Of a stretch of 64,000 nucleotides of DNA, positions 28,450 to 42,334 are shown piece by piece. Location: positions 292,516,001-292,580,000 of the forward strand of contig OZ024743.1 in NCBI GenBank assembly GCA_964016885.1, read 5' to 3'. The notes beneath the pieces are model-generated. The model was not told the DNA's origin, did not search any database, and was given only the letters and a program-made list of their open reading frames with translations. The stretch's first letter is position 1. Each line of letters starts with the position of its first letter. The position numbers and the translations under genes are program-made. The DNA is from Eledone cirrhosa. Its lineage: Eukaryota.

Positions 28450-30730
28450 AATGACTTGTCGATGTGGAGTGATGTTATTGTTGGTGGTGGTATTGATGGT
28501 GTTGGGGGTTGTGGGTGGTGGTGGAGGTGGATGTGCGGAGGGGTGGGGTGGGGGGTATGATGATGATGATGATGATGATGATGCGGCAGAGAAGGAGGAT
28601 TAAGGTTTGGTTGGGGCTGATACTTGTTGTAGTTATAAAGATGGTGATAAGGGGGTGGGGGGTATTTATGGGGCTTGTCTTTTTGGTATTGGTACTGCTG
28701 CTGTCTAGCCCCAGGTTAAACTTAATAGTAAAGATATTCCAGTCGTGATCATTACATTTTTGTGTGCGTGTATATGTGTGCAGATCTGTCCGTGTCTGTG
28801 TATCTGTGTGTATGTGAGTACCTGCGTGCGTCAGTCTAGTGAATGGCCTGCCCATTTTAAGAAGGTATTGGTGTGATTTAGTGTGCGTTGGCTGCTATTT
28901 CTAGCTGGCCGATCAACAACATTGAGGCCCCCTCCCCTGATAGTGAAGGTGTTGATCATATGGAAACTGTGACGGTGAAGATGATAGAGATAATAATGAT
29001 GGTGGGGGAGGGGGATTGGTGACGGGGGGGGGCGTTGGAAGGGATGATAGGAACGACGATGATGACAATGACGATGATGAGGAGGAAGAAAAGGGGAGGG
29101 GAGGAGCAGAAGAAGGAGGAGGAGGAGGAGGAGGAGAAGGAGGAGGATGAGGAGATGGAGAAGGAGGAGAGGGGAGAGGAGGGTGAGGAGGATGTACTGA
29201 GTAAAAGTGGGAGATGAAAGACAAAGTTAATGGTTTGTATAGTGATGCTGATGTTGGAAATGATAGCGTGGATGGGGATAATGGTGATGATTGTGATGTT
29301 GGTGATGAGGTAGACGATGAGAGAATGATGATAAGTGAGGAAAACTTGGTGATAGTGACAGTGAAAAGAATAATGAGAAAGATGATGTTGATGATGATGA
29401 TGAGGAGGAGGAAAAGGAGGAGGAGAAGGAGGAGAAGGAGGAGAAGGAGGAGGAGGAGGGGCAGGAATATGAAGGGGCGGATGAGGAACACGAGTAAGAG
29501 ACAAATTGGATGAAGAAGAAGAAGAAGAAGAAGAAGAAGAAGAAGAAGACGAAAGGAAGAAAAAGAAAAAAGAAAAAGAAGAAAAGGAAGAAAAAGAAGA
29601 AAAAGAAAAAGAAAAAGAAAAAGAAGAAAAGGACGAAAAAGAAGAAAAAGAAAGAGAAGAAGAAGAAGAAAAGAAGGAGGAGGAGGACAGCAACACCATC
29701 AAAACAACAACAACAAGACCGACAACAACAACAACAACAACAGCAGCAACAGCCACAACTACAAAACAACATCAACAACAACAGGAAGAAGGCAAGACGC
29801 TGATTGGTTGGAGGTTAGACAAGGATGGAGAAAGAGTTTAGAAAGAGTGGGAGGGGAGATGGTGGAGAATGATGTCTGTGGTGGAGTTTGTGAAAGGGAA
29901 GTGGCTAAAGAGTGAGGTGGGGGTAGTGGGAGTGAAAGTGTTTTACGGTACGGCTGTTAGGAATAGAGGAAACGACGGTAAAGAATATATGGTGGATAAT
30001 GTTGATTAGGTATAATGTGGCTAAATGTGAAGAAGATGCACCTGGTAATGATGATGATGGTGGTGGTGGTGGTGGTGGTGGTGGTGGTGGTCGGTGTGGT
30101 GGTGGTGATGCTGGTGGTGGTGGTCGTTGTGGTGGTGGTGATGCTGGTGGTGGTAATGATGATGATGGTGGTGGTTGGTGGTGGTGGTGGTGGTAATAAT
30201 GATGATAGTGATGTTGGTGGCGGTAGTGGTGGTGGTAATGGTGGTGGTGGTGGTGCTGCTGGTCAAGGAGTTGATGGTGGTGGTGGTGCTGGTGCTGGTC
30301 GTGGAGTTGATGGTGGTGGTAATGATGATGATGGTGGTGGTGGTGGTGGTGGTGGTGGTAGTGATGTTGTCGTTGTTGTTGTTGGTGGTGGTGTTGGAGG
30401 TGGTGGTGGTGGTGGTGGCGTAGTGATAGTAATTGTGATGATGGTGGTGGTGGAGGTGTTTTGGTGCTGGTGCTGATCGTGTTAGTGCTGGTGTTGATGA
30501 TGGTGGTGAAGGTGGTGGTGGGGGGGCTATCCTTGATATCGATGGTGGTGCTAGTGGTGTTGGTGGTGGTGGTGTTGGGGTGTTGGTGTTGGTGCTGGGG
30601 GTGCTGTTAATGGTGGTGCTGCTGGTGCTGGAGGTGATGGTCGTGGTGTTAGTGCTGGTGGTGATCGTGCTTGTGGTGGTGGTGGTGGTGGTGTTGGTGC
30701 TGCTGTTGGTGGTGCTGCTGCTGGTGCTGG
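28450..30730. repeat. Mixed low-complexity trinucleotide tracts (GAT, GAG, GAA, CAA, GGT)
   Basis: Directly visible; these tracts generate the homopolymeric ORFs. Confidence 0.9.
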
Positions 30731-31110
30731 TGCTGGTGGTGCTGGAGGTGATGGTGGTGTAGGTGGTAGTTGTAGGGTGTGATGGTCGTGGTGCTAGTGC
30801 TGGTGGTGCTGGAGGTGATGGTGGTGTAGGTGGTAGTTGTAGGGTGTGATGGTCGTGGTGCTAGTGCTGGTGGTGCTGGAGGTGATGGTGGTGTAGGTGG
30901 TAGTTGTAGGGTGTGATGGTCGTGGTGCTAGTGCTGGTGGTGCTGGAGGTGATGGTGGTGTAGGTGGTAGTTGTAGGGTGTGATGGTCGTGGTGCTAGTG
31001 CTGGTGGTGCTGGAGGTGATGGTGGTGTAGGTGGTAATTGTAGGGTGTGATGGTCGTGGTGCTAGTGCTGGTGGTGCTGGTGGTGATGGTGGTGTAGGTG
31101 GTAGTTGTAG
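30731..31110. repeat. 67-bp minisatellite, about 5.5 copies
   Basis: GCTGGAGGTGATGGTGGTGTAGGTGGTAGTTGTAGGGTGTGATGGTCGTGGTGCTAGTGCTGGTGGT recurs with period 67 (30741, 30808, ...). Confidence 0.9.
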
Positions 31111-31603
31111 GGGGCGCTGGTCGTGGTGGTGGCGGTGGTGGGATGGCGGCGGTGGTCGTAAATTTGTGGAGAAAGTCGGCTGGAACCACGGCGACGATAA
31201 TGACAACAGGGATGATGAAACAATATTCAAAACTGAGCAATGATAAAGTTGCTACTGATGCTGCTGCTAATGATGATGATGATGACGATGACGACATCAA
31301 TAATGATGATGATGATTAAAGATTAGGGGAGAAAGAATGGAAGGTTAGAGAGAGAGATAGAAACAGAATGTTAGAGAGTGATCGATGATTCATAACTGAA
31401 CGATCCCTATATAAAATAGAAATTACTCGTTTTATGATGTGTGTGTGAGTGTGTGTATGTGTGAGTGAGAGTGTGTGTGTGTGAGTGTGTGTATGTGAAA
31501 TTTATATGAATATGTATATATATATATATATATAATGTATATGTCTATATATATATATTTGTGTGTGTGTATGTGTGTATGGTTTCAAAATATGTATATA
31601 TGC

Positions 31604-31661
<58 letters not shown>

Positions 31662-32899
31662 ATCTATATTGTGTATATATGTGTGTGTGTGCATATGCGT
31701 GCATATATATATATATATGTGTGTGTGTGTATTTATAGAACGTACACATATATTCCAGCATAAGCATAATTTTTTTTCTTAATCTCAAATTTACGAAATG
31801 TATGAAACACCTCGTATATATATTTCGTAATATTCTGATGCATCCATTATTAAAAGAGCCTTTTTCTTGACATATAAGAAGTGTCAGGTGACTCTTCAGT
31901 GCTACTGGTAACATGTAAACCAGTACAACCTGTCGCATGGTCGGATCGTCGGTGACTAAACTGGCAACCCCACCAAGTTTCCTTGGTGAGGAAGGTGATT
32001 TTGGACACCATGCAGGACAAAAAACAAAACCTGACAAAGGCGCAAGAACTGATAAGAGTCAACGGCCTTCCAAATATGTGTAAATATGTATATATACGTG
32101 TACATATGTATGTGTATATGCTTGGGGTGTCAGGGGATGGGGGGCATGTAACTCTGTAGGGGAGGGGGGTATAGCCATGCCCTTTTCAGGACAGCTCGTC
32201 CTGCATTGGGACCCACCTGACACTCAGCTCTCACCTGTGGCTCCAAGAAGCTGTAGCATGCGACAGCGGCCACACCCTGGTAAACCGCTTTGGCTGGCGG
32301 GCCGAACCTAGTTGAGGGTAGCCGGACGGGTCTGAAACCCCCCGGTGAGTTAGATAGGGGATGCCTGCCCCTTCATGCGAAAACTGGACTGAGTGGAGGA
32401 AGACAACATTGTCCCAACGGTCACAAAGGAGGCGAAAGCAAGCGGTGTGGGGCGCTAGGGCAGGGCAAGACACTACAGACGTCGTGGCCATCCACTGCAG
32501 CCAAGGAAGTCCCTGGTCGTGACGGTCCTCCATACCATTGGATTCTGGCTTCTGCGGCCCTCCCACTATAAACCTTTCCGGCACAGGTTTCTTCTTTAGC
32601 GTGCACTGCCAATTCCCTGCGGCGATGGGCGAGAAGCGGAGGTAACCTCTGGGAGTTGCCAGTCTCAAACCCACACGTGGGCTGCCTGGGTGCGCAAGTC
32701 GTTCTCCTCCTGGCCCTGGGATGACAGGGGAGATCAAGCATTCCACCGAGCGACTGAGCAGCCCTTTTCAGGGGAGCACTGCTCACAATCGCACGAGGGA
32801 AGGGACGATAAAAGGAGCCCTAACCAAGTGCCGCTCCCACACAAAGCCAGCCAGTCTACTGCGCCTAGCGATTTTACCCTTGCAAGTGGTCGAAACCAA

Positions 32900-33721
32900 C
32901 ATAATAGAAAGAAGAACTTGATTCTTGGCGCATGGAATGTGCGCACCCTCGTGGATAGGGAAACCTCCTTGAGGCCAGAGAGAAGAACTGTCCTCATAGC
33001 GAGGGAATTAGCTCGCTACCGGATCGACATAGCCGCCCTCAGCGAGACTAGACTTGCCGAAGTGAGAATCAGTAGCAGAACCGAAAGGAGGCTACAGAAC
33101 TGGAAGGGCAATGCAAATGACGAGGACAGAATCCACGGGGTAGGCCTGGCCATCAGAACTTCACTCTGCAAGCAGCTACCAGACCTCCGAAAACCTGTGA
33201 GTGAGCGGCTGATGAAGCTCCGCTTCCCCCTCGACCGATCTCGACATGTCACAGTCATCAGCGCGTACGTCCCCACTCTCACCAGCAGCGATGAAGCAAA
33301 GGACGCTTTCTACGGGGAACTCAACGCACTCGTGAAGGGCGTCTCCCCAACCGAAAAACTGATCCTACTGGGGGACTTCAACGCAAGAGACGGGTATGAC
33401 ATCAGCAACTGGAGGGGCGCGCTGGGACCTCACGGCACAGGGAAGCTGAACTCTAACGAGCTCACCATTACCAGCACACTGATCCGCCAGACAGACAAGT
33501 TCAAGACGACATGGATGCACCCCAGATCCAAACAGTGGCATCTGATTGATTTTGCCATATGCCGCAGGAGGGACATCCGTGACGTCAGAATCACCAGGGC
33601 CATGCGTGGTGCAGAGTGTTGGACCGACCATCGCCTTGTCAGGACTATCCTGTCACTGCACTTCACCCCGACGCATCGCAAGACTCCGACAGTCTGTAGG
33701 CCAGCTTTCGATGTCGCATGA
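32900..33721 (+). pseudogene. RTE LINE apurinic/apyrimidinic-like endonuclease domain
   Basis: Motifs GAWNVRTL, IAALSETR, HGVGLAI, ISAYVPT, LLGDFNAR, TWMHPRSKQWHLIDF, TDHRLV. Confidence 0.92.
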
Positions 33722-34330
33722 CTCAAGCAGTCAGAGCATTGTGATGCGTTCGCGGAAGACCTGGACGGCCGGCTGACTGCCCATGGACCACTGACCGGAC
33801 CGCCGACTCAACAGTGGGATCAGTTCAGGTGCGCTGGTGACAGAGTCAGCCAAGGAAAACGGCCGAGGAAGAGAGTCCACTAGGACAGGTTTGATGAAAA
33901 CGATTAGCGCATCAGACAACTCCTGGACGAGAAGAGGAGGGCTTTCTTTGAGTGGCAGAATGACAGGTCCTCCCCGTCGAAGCGCGACCGCTTGAAGCAC
34001 CTCCAGAGGCAGACCCAAGCAGCGGTACGCAGAATGCAGGACAAGAGGTGGGAAAAGAAGGCCGAAGAAGTCGAGAGATACGCTGACACAAAGAGATGTT
34101 CTTCAGCGCCATCGGGACGTCTACAGAATCCCCTCCAAGCTTGTCACCACACCGCTGTTGTGTGCTGACGGCTCTAATCCTGCTGAAGGAGAAGAGCAGC
34201 ATCAACTCGAGGTGGAGAGAGCACTTCAGCAACCTGCTCAACAGGCCCTCCACTGTCGACCATGCCGCCCTCGACCAGATCCCACAGAAACCCGTAGTCG
34301 GCAGACTCGACCCCCCCCCCCCCACGTTGG

Positions 34331-36003
34331 ATGAAGGCAATCAACCAGACCAACTCAGAAAAGGCCCCTGGGAAGGACGGGATTCCTGCCGAGATCTTCA
34401 AGTCGGCCGGCCCAGCTGCCCTGGGGGCCTTCCACACCCTCCTCGTCAGCATATGTGAAGAAGAAGAGGTGCCCAAAGACTTCAGGGATGCCACAGTTGT
34501 CTCGCTTTTAAAGAACAAAGGCAGCAAAACTGACTGTGGCAATTATCGGGGCATTTCTCTCCTGTCCATCGCTGGGAAGGTCCTGGCTCGGGTCATGCTC
34601 AACCGCCTCATTGCCAACATCTCGGAGTACAACCTACCGGAGGCCCAGTGTGGGTTTCGCCCAAACCGCAGCACAATTGTCATGATCTTCTCTGTACGTC
34701 AAGTGCAAGAGAAGTGTATCGAGCAGAACATGGATCTCTTTGCCGTCTTCATATACTTGACGAAGGCATTCGACATTGTCAACAGGGAAGCCCTCTGGTC
34801 GATCCTGTCTAAGTTTCGATGCCTGACAAAGTCTGTGAACCTGATACGGCAATTCCATGACGAAATGACCGGGCAAGTGCGCTCGGGCTGAGAGGCATCG
34901 GAGCCGTTCGGAATCACAAACGGCGACAAGCAAGGATGCGTGCTGGCTCCCGTCCTCTTCAAACTGTTCTTCAACTGCGTGCTCAATCATGCCGTCAGGG
35001 ACCTCGAGCACGGAGTGTATCTGCGATACAGACTGGACGGCTCCCTGTTTGACCTGCGTCGCCTGGAGACACTTTTTGCTGACGACTGTGCCCTCATGGC
35101 CCACAGGGGGTCTGACCTCCAACTCATTGTCAACAAGTTCGCGGAGACTTCCTGCCTCTTCGGTCTCACAATTAGCCTTGGCAAGACTGAGGTCCAGTTC
35201 CAGCCTGCACCTGCCTCCGTCGCCCACCCTCCTTCCATCTCCATCGGAGGCACCCAGCTAAAGATGGTGGACGACTTCAGGTATCTCGACAGTATCACCA
35301 GCAGCGATGGAAGCCTCGACAAGGAGATAAACGCCAGAATCTGCAAGGCCAGTCAAGCCCTCGGCCGCCTGAGGACACGCGTCCTGAACAAGCACAACAT
35401 CAGGCAGTCCACCAAGCTCAATGTGTACAGGGCCGTTGTTCTCAACAACCTCCTCTACGGATGTGACACATGGACCCTGTACAGAAAGCACCTGAAGCAG
35501 CTGGAACGGTTCCACATGCGCAGCCTGCGGTCAATCATGAACATCAAATGGCAGGACAAGGTTTCCAACATCGAAGTTCTTGACATGGCTGAGACAACCA
35601 GTATCGAAGCTATGATACTGAAGAGCCAACTTCGATGGGTGGGACATATCATCCGGATGGACGATCACAGGCTCCGAAGCAACTGATGTATGGGGAACTC
35701 TGCAAGAGGTTCAAAGACTGCGTGAAGTCCAGTATCAACAACACTGGAATGGCGCCAAAACAGCTCAAGTCTCATGCTCAGGACAGGACTGAGTGGCGAG
35801 CCCTTACCAGACGCGCCAAAGACTCATTTGAAGAGAAGAGACGGGCAGAGGTCACTGAGGCCCATGAAAGGAGGAGAAAGGCATCAACAGCTGCCCAAAG
35901 CGTCTCCGCTCTCTTCCCCTTCCCCCACTGTCCCCGGACCTGCAAGTCAAGGATCGGCCTCCACAGCCACCTTCGTGCCTATGGCAGACGAGAACTAAAG
36001 TAA
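34331..36003 (+). pseudogene. RTE LINE reverse transcriptase and C-terminal domain (broken across ORFs 34331-34891, 34940-35686, 35635-36003)
   Basis: KAPGKDGIPAE, NYRGISLLSIAGK, QCGFR, LTKAFD, QGCVLAP, LFADD, FRYL, LLYGCDTW, QLRWVGH, and terminal PHCPRTCKSRIGLHSHLR. Confidence 0.92.
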
Positions 36004-36122
36004 AGAAGATGTCATCATCGTTTACGATGGACAACCAAGATATATATAAGATATATATATATATATATACATATATAAATATATATATATGTATATATAT
36101 ATATACACGCACACACACATTA

Positions 36123-36177
<55 letters not shown>

Positions 36178-36270
36178 GAATGTTACTCATAGTAATAACG
36201 AATTCCGAAATATTCTGATGCATCTATCATTAAACGAGCCTTTTTCTTGGCATATAAATGAGTCAACCTA

Positions 36271-36352
<82 letters not shown>

Positions 36353-36355
<3 letters not shown>

Positions 36356-36522
36356 ATACATTAACAGAGAAAGCTTTAAGCAATACTCCGACCGGCTTCC
36401 GTCTCACTCAACAAACTTTAGGATATACATTAGTATAATCCCAATTATACGTTTGGGGTGCTAACTATACGTATTTTGCGGATAGCCAGTTGTATTATTT
36501 TATATGAGACATAAATAAATAC
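36353..36522. repeat. Inverted second copy of the 3239-3403 repeat
   Basis: Reverse-complement match to 3239-3403; adjacent to (TA)n. Confidence 0.8.
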
Positions 36523-37079
36523 ATCTCTCTTTCCAAACGACCGTTTCATTATAAGTTTTCTACAAATTGGGAAAATAATGTCCAGGTTATGTTGAAGCCT
36601 ACACATAGTCCATAGGAATATATGTAGGTGGGCACTTATAAATCATCAGTGGATGCCCGACAATATCGATATAAAAAAACCTTACCGATATTAATATTCA
36701 GCGATGGTACCCGTCCGTGCTAGAGTGACCGCCATATTTGAAATTCCAGCAGTCTCACAATGAGAAATCTAACACCGTCACCAAGTGGGCAGGGGAGGTC
36801 ATCGCAAAACATAAAAGAATAAAATAATATGCACGCGGGTCAATTAATTATTTCAATAATTTTAACCATGCGTGAAGAACTCAATTGGATATAAAAAAAT
36901 AAATATATGCACGTATTATTTATACACGCATATAAGTATTTTCTTAGGCTAAAAAACAGAGACCAGATACCGGAAAATAAATCAATATTTCATACAAAGA
37001 ATAAATACAGAAAGTTATACCTATAAAGTATCTGGAAATATTCATCTCTGGCCAAATCAAGAGTATAATATTTAATATG

Positions 37080-37134
<55 letters not shown>

Positions 37135-39072
37135 ATGTGTGTATATGTATATATGCATATATATACATATATATTTGGTAAAAACAGGAGTAAGCAGGAG
37201 AAAGCTCTCAACAATCGTTGTTTTAGTTACGATAGAGAATTTTATAAAAGTAATAAAATAAGATGCTGAGGTTACATATATCATTTAATCATAATAATTA
37301 TTTCTACGGTTCTCCATGCAATCGAGAAGTCCTTCATGCATTTGCTATTGATTATGAGAACGGTTTCCTCAGATGAACATCGATATATTTGATATGCCGC
37401 TGGCAGGAAAACACATCCTAATGCCTGTGCACGCAGCATACATATGAGTTCCTTGAAGGGTTTGCCAGCCGTCGCGTTCGTTAGAAAAAGCTATTACCGA
37501 AAAAAGACGAAACGAACGAAGAACCGTGTGTAACCAAAACCCAGTAGACAGTTGAAGGAACACAAGGAGCTCTGGGAGGGGGGGGGTATACATTTAGTTG
37601 ACGACCACCTATAGACAACAACAACAACGACAACGAAAACTACAACAACAACAATGACAATAACATCAAACCGCCGACCAAATTTATCTACACTGGTCGC
37701 AATAGTCGTGCTGATACCATCACCCTATTGACAACGACAACTAAAACAACAGCTACAGTAAAAATACTTACAACAACAGCAACAAACGACAACAACAGCA
37801 AAAACACAAACCAGCGTCGTGTATACAGGTCGTAGTCGTCGCAATTGACCGTAAACAGAGATAACGCCAAAGCAATATAAAGGACTTCAGAGGTAGGTGG
37901 GCACACAGAGTTGGTGGTATCAGTCACCATGACCATAAACAGTAACAACAATGACAGCGACAACAAACACCTAACACCGCCCATCACCCATCCCGTTCGT
38001 TGCAGTAATGGTGGTATCAACTATGTCAGTATTAAGCCATTGGTAACACCAATAACAACATGACCAGCGATGACCCCACCACGTCGACGGCAGCAACAGG
38101 AAAAATGCCACGCTTCCATGAAAATTAAACAAACCACAATAGTAATCCGTTGAAACAAGGAGGTGAAAATGGGATAGAAAACATAGATAGGTATTTGTAT
38201 ACATTAAAAAAAAACATTCCCAGTTAATACACTCCTCCTCTATCACTGGAAGGCACAAGGCCAGCAATGACCATAGCATTCAGTCTCAACCACAGTGGCA
38301 ACAATACTATTAAAAGGGCTGTTAGGCCATGGAAGAGAGTTACGGGAAGCGAAAGTAGGAACAGGAATAAATAGATGAAACGAGAACACATATAGAGAAC
38401 ACAATAATAAAGGAACGGGACAAAATAAATAAAAAAACAGCAGTAGGTATATAAACAGAGGAATAGGGAACAAAGGACAAGAAAACAAGTACACATAGAG
38501 ATTCCAGGTGTGCAAACAGGATATCCAAGGTTCGCTCGACGCTGGGGTTGTCGCGAGGCTATGCCCGGCTTCCACCGACAAGATTGCAAAAGTGTTCAAC
38601 TAGCACCACTACGTTGCTAGTCCGTTCAGTTTGAGGAAGGTTCCAGAAGATCTGTGGAGGCAGGTGCTGAAGAGGGTACTCCTTTTATTGATAACTCGAG
38701 CTCCCCTCTTGATTATTTCTATAATCTCGGTAGCACACAAATCGCACGAGTCACGTCTACCCCCTCTGTAGGGTGGAGCAATGCTACCTTGGACCACGAC
38801 ATGGTGAATTCTACGTTATCCCGTTTGAGACACCACGCTAGTTCCGAGAGGGCGGTGTTGTGCTTCTTATCCGCCCTCCTAAAGGTGTGGCAGTGATTGT
38901 ATATATAGAAAAGATATATATAGATTGTATATATATAAAAGGCTTCTACAGGACTAGAACTGTTTCATTCGGGAGAAATCATCATAGGGGTTACCCACGA
39001 TTGAACCCGGGATAAACTTATATATATATATATATTGGAAAAAAAAATATATATATATATATAATATATATA

Positions 39073-39125
<53 letters not shown>

Positions 39126-39530
39126 AGTAAGTATGTTTTGAAACTGAGCAGGTTTGAAATTAGAAAATATATAGCTTTCACGGTATTTTTGACTAAAGGA
39201 ATTTTAGCCTGATAATAGGGTTTAGAACCCTCAGATAAATGGAAAAAGATGAGTATTGACGTACATGTACGTCAATACTCATCTTTATATATATATATAT
39301 GTGTATATATATATATGCATACTCATCTTCATATATATATATATATGTGTATATATATATATGTATATATATAAATGTTCGCTCTACATGGTTGAATACA
39401 ATAAATATAAATTGAGGCTTGTTTGCTTAATTGCAAACTAATCGAATGTTGCCGCCGAGGTTAACTTTGCCGTTCATCCTTACGGGGCCGATATAATAAA
39501 GTACCAGTAATGTATATATATATATATATA

Positions 39531-40112
39531 ATCAAGGTTTAGCAAATAAGAAAAAGTTTTAGAATAAATTTTTAAAAGTTCACTGTACCTGCTATAATTA
39601 TCCTTACCGCGCGGTTTCAAGTCTCAAAATAAATGGATAATCCATGCGGAAATCCATTGAGAAGAAGACTTTATTCAGAGGGTTCTTCTCACTCGGAAAA
39701 TATAAAATTCCCGAGTTCAAATCACGAACTGGCGCCATACAGAACTGTTCCCGGATGAGAGTGTATGATGATGAAACAATTTTGTCTATTGCCGTGTGTA
39801 AAGATAGAAGGCAGGGGCGGAAAGGTCAATGTACTGCCACTAGAAATAGCAGCAGTTAAAATGACCAAAATGTTATCTCGACCAGGGGAGATTAATAATA
39901 ATAAAGTATGTTTCCCGACATGCAAAATACATATAGGGACACATGTATTATCCAACCGTATGCCAATGTGGTTCTCTGGCAGGTTAATAAATTAACGAGC
40001 CAGAACATATATAATCAAGGTTTAGCAAATAAGAAAAAGTTTTAAAATAAATTTTAAAAAGTTCACTGTACCTGCTATAATTGCCCTTACCGCGCGGTTT
40101 CAAGTCTCAAAT
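39531..40112 (-). mobile_element. Retrozyme-like element, 483-bp unit plus ~100-bp redundancy; HHR core mutated
   Basis: ATCAAGGTTTAGCAAATAAG at 39531 and 40014. The rc of 39602-39681 reads CCT CTGAATA AAGTCT...AGACTT GAAA CCGCGCGG TA AGG. Homologous to 61885-62660. Confidence 0.75.
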
Positions 40113-40549
40113 ATACATATATATATATATTGAAAATATATATTATATATAGTGGTAAAAGAACGGGTCGTAACATCAGTATGTAGAGCACTCAGGGACG
40201 TGTTCGGTATAGAGTTAGTTCCACAACAAATTACCAAACCATACTCGAGGACGCGTGATCACCGAACGGAATTTCAACCCCTAGCCATAAGATGCCCGCG
40301 TAACAAGTGACCAATACGCCAGTAATATGATCATTCTGACTTTGAAGATGGATCAGTGAATACTTCGAAATGTTGATACACAGAGGGATTAAGGAACGTC
40401 ATTGTTCCTAACTAAGCATAAAGAATTAATAAGGAAATACGAAAAAATATTTAAGGAAAGTAATCAAACTGGAACACAATCGTTTTTTCAATATCACGTT
40501 TCATACAAAAATATACCCTTCTGTACATATACACCGGCATCTATGCATA

Positions 40550-40830
40550 TACTCTTTTACCTGTTCCAGCCATCTGGCTGAGGCCATACGGGGCACCGCC
40601 TTTGTTGCTACATATTCTATCTCCAGCTTGTATTGGCTAGCAATTGGTGTAAAGAGGGAGTTAGTTGCTGTTGCTCTTAGGTTACCTTCTTACCGTGCTG
40701 TGGGCTCATCCGGGTTCCTGGATAGCAGGGTGTCGAGATATTTCTGGAAAATATCCCCGTCCACACCATGCAGATCTCTCAAATTCCTAGGCTGTTGAAG
40801 AGTTGAGGGCCTTTGAATCCCAGGCTATTG
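40550..40830 (-). pseudogene. 3' end of CR1-like LINE with 3' UTR tail
   Basis: rc translation NSLGFKGPQLFNSL/NLRDLHGVDGDIFQKYLDTLLSRNPDEPT...RATATNSL, followed by the GGCGGTGCCC...GTAAAAGAGTA tail. Confidence 0.7.
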
Positions 40831-40844
40831 TAATAACTACTCCT

Positions 40845-40923
<79 letters not shown>

Positions 40924-41579
40924 GTGTAATACCGGATTCCTTGAATATTTGACCTGTTCTAGTATATTAGATATTTCCAAACTCCATTAACCTTCCACCC
41001 TCCCATTTTTGCAACTGTTATTTTAAGGAACTAAATTTATTTTACGACTTTAAACTACGACTATGCCTATCTTTGTTACTTTAGTTAAATAAGTTTTTGT
41101 AGTTAAAAGTCTATATAAACATTTTCACTCCATCCACGAGAATGAAAGGATGTACGTGAGCAAGTGTGTGTGGTGGTGGGGTGGGAGTATGGGCATGCAT
41201 TTGCATGTACATTTATCTCGTAAAACCCTCATATGTAGTTCAGTAAAAAATATCCAATAGTGGCTATTCGATATACAGGATAAATGAGAAACTCCCAGAC
41301 TTTATCAATAGCAATAACGAGGAAGATCACCTGAAGAAGAGCCATAGCTAAAGAAAAATGCCACAGCCAAAATATAATGGATGTACTGACTGAGTGCAAC
41401 GGCTGTACTTGTAGCGCAGCAGAGGTTGGGTCTTTAATGGGCACTTGCAGAATAGCAGAAAGTCTAGAAGCACTTTTGTCCCACATGGCAGAATCTAGAA
41501 GGAGCTGCACACCAGAGGAAAACATCGACAAAAAGGCAGTAAATTTCCTGACACGTAGCTCAAAAAAGTTAAAGCGTAT

Positions 41580-41710
41580 GAGAAAATGTAAACAGAAATA
41601 ACAAAGCAAACGACACTGTGCATTGAAAAAATATATTAGTTTAACGCTTGGAATAATGAGGAAATGGTCTTAACGTTTTGGACACTAATCCTTCATCAGT
41701 AGATAGAATG
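41580..41710 (-). mobile_element. Penelope-like pLTR fragment with mutated minimal HHR (GAAA to AAAA)
   Basis: rc: TCTA CTGATGA AGGA TTAGTG TCC AAAA CG TT AAGA; same family as 6200-6325 and 8510-8600. Confidence 0.6.
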
Positions 41711-42247
41711 AGAAATGCGCGCAAAAGATGAAATAGAGCGTGTGAATGACTATGAGTAAAAAGCAAGTGTACATAAGATGTGTGTGCAGCAAGTGCATAA
41801 GTGTGTATAACGTATATACGGGTATGTGTGCAAGCGTATGTATTAAGCGTATATTGGTGTGAATACGGGTGAATAGGATATATATTTTGGACGTGTGCAT
41901 GCGCGTGTACAAGTCTTGTGTACACGTGCATGCATGTGTATATGGGGTATGATGATATATTTCATTTTTATATTATTTAGTTTTCACATGAATCTGTTGG
42001 AGATGTATATCATGAAATGAAATATTTTCTAACCGTTTTTCAGGATATATATGCAACGATGCAAGTCTGGAATCTATTAAATTAACCCTAGTATACAACT
42101 AAGACTTCTTTCCTTCAAAAGTGGAAATTTACGAGAACTAAGAACTAAATAATGGTTGTCGATTGATCCAGTCCACTATCAGATGTACCACAATATATAT
42201 CTTTCTTTATGAACATATATTCAGATTTCTACAACCGCATAATTTTG

Positions 42248-42293
<46 letters not shown>

Positions 42294-42334
42294 AATATAT
42301 TAATAAATGGAAACTATATTTATAAAACCATATT

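Larger units (their letters stand above)
32170..36040 (+). mobile_element. Near full-length RTE/BovB-type LINE, inactivated by frameshifts and stops
   Basis: GC-rich island with 5' UTR, APE endonuclease, RT, a C-terminal zinc-finger-like motif and an RTE-type 3' end (GTCATCATCGTTTACGATGGACAACCAAGA) running into (TA)n. Confidence 0.95.

Noticed and set aside
26515-31319. Repetitive or homopolymeric ORFs (TTLHHT, poly-E/K/G/V/H)
   Set aside because: They arise from satellites and trinucleotide tracts. The 40- and 67-bp units are not multiples of three, and the frames are interrupted by stops.
31815-36270. Similar ~70-bp sequences on either side of the RTE LINE (31815-31890, 36190-36270) as LTRs or a TSD
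   Set aside because: They are diverged and not adjacent to the element ends; more likely independent copies of another small repeat.
41229-41609. 126-aa ORF as a host exon or Tx1/L1 fragment
   Set aside because: Only vague resemblance to a LINE C-terminus, with no clear motif or splice support.
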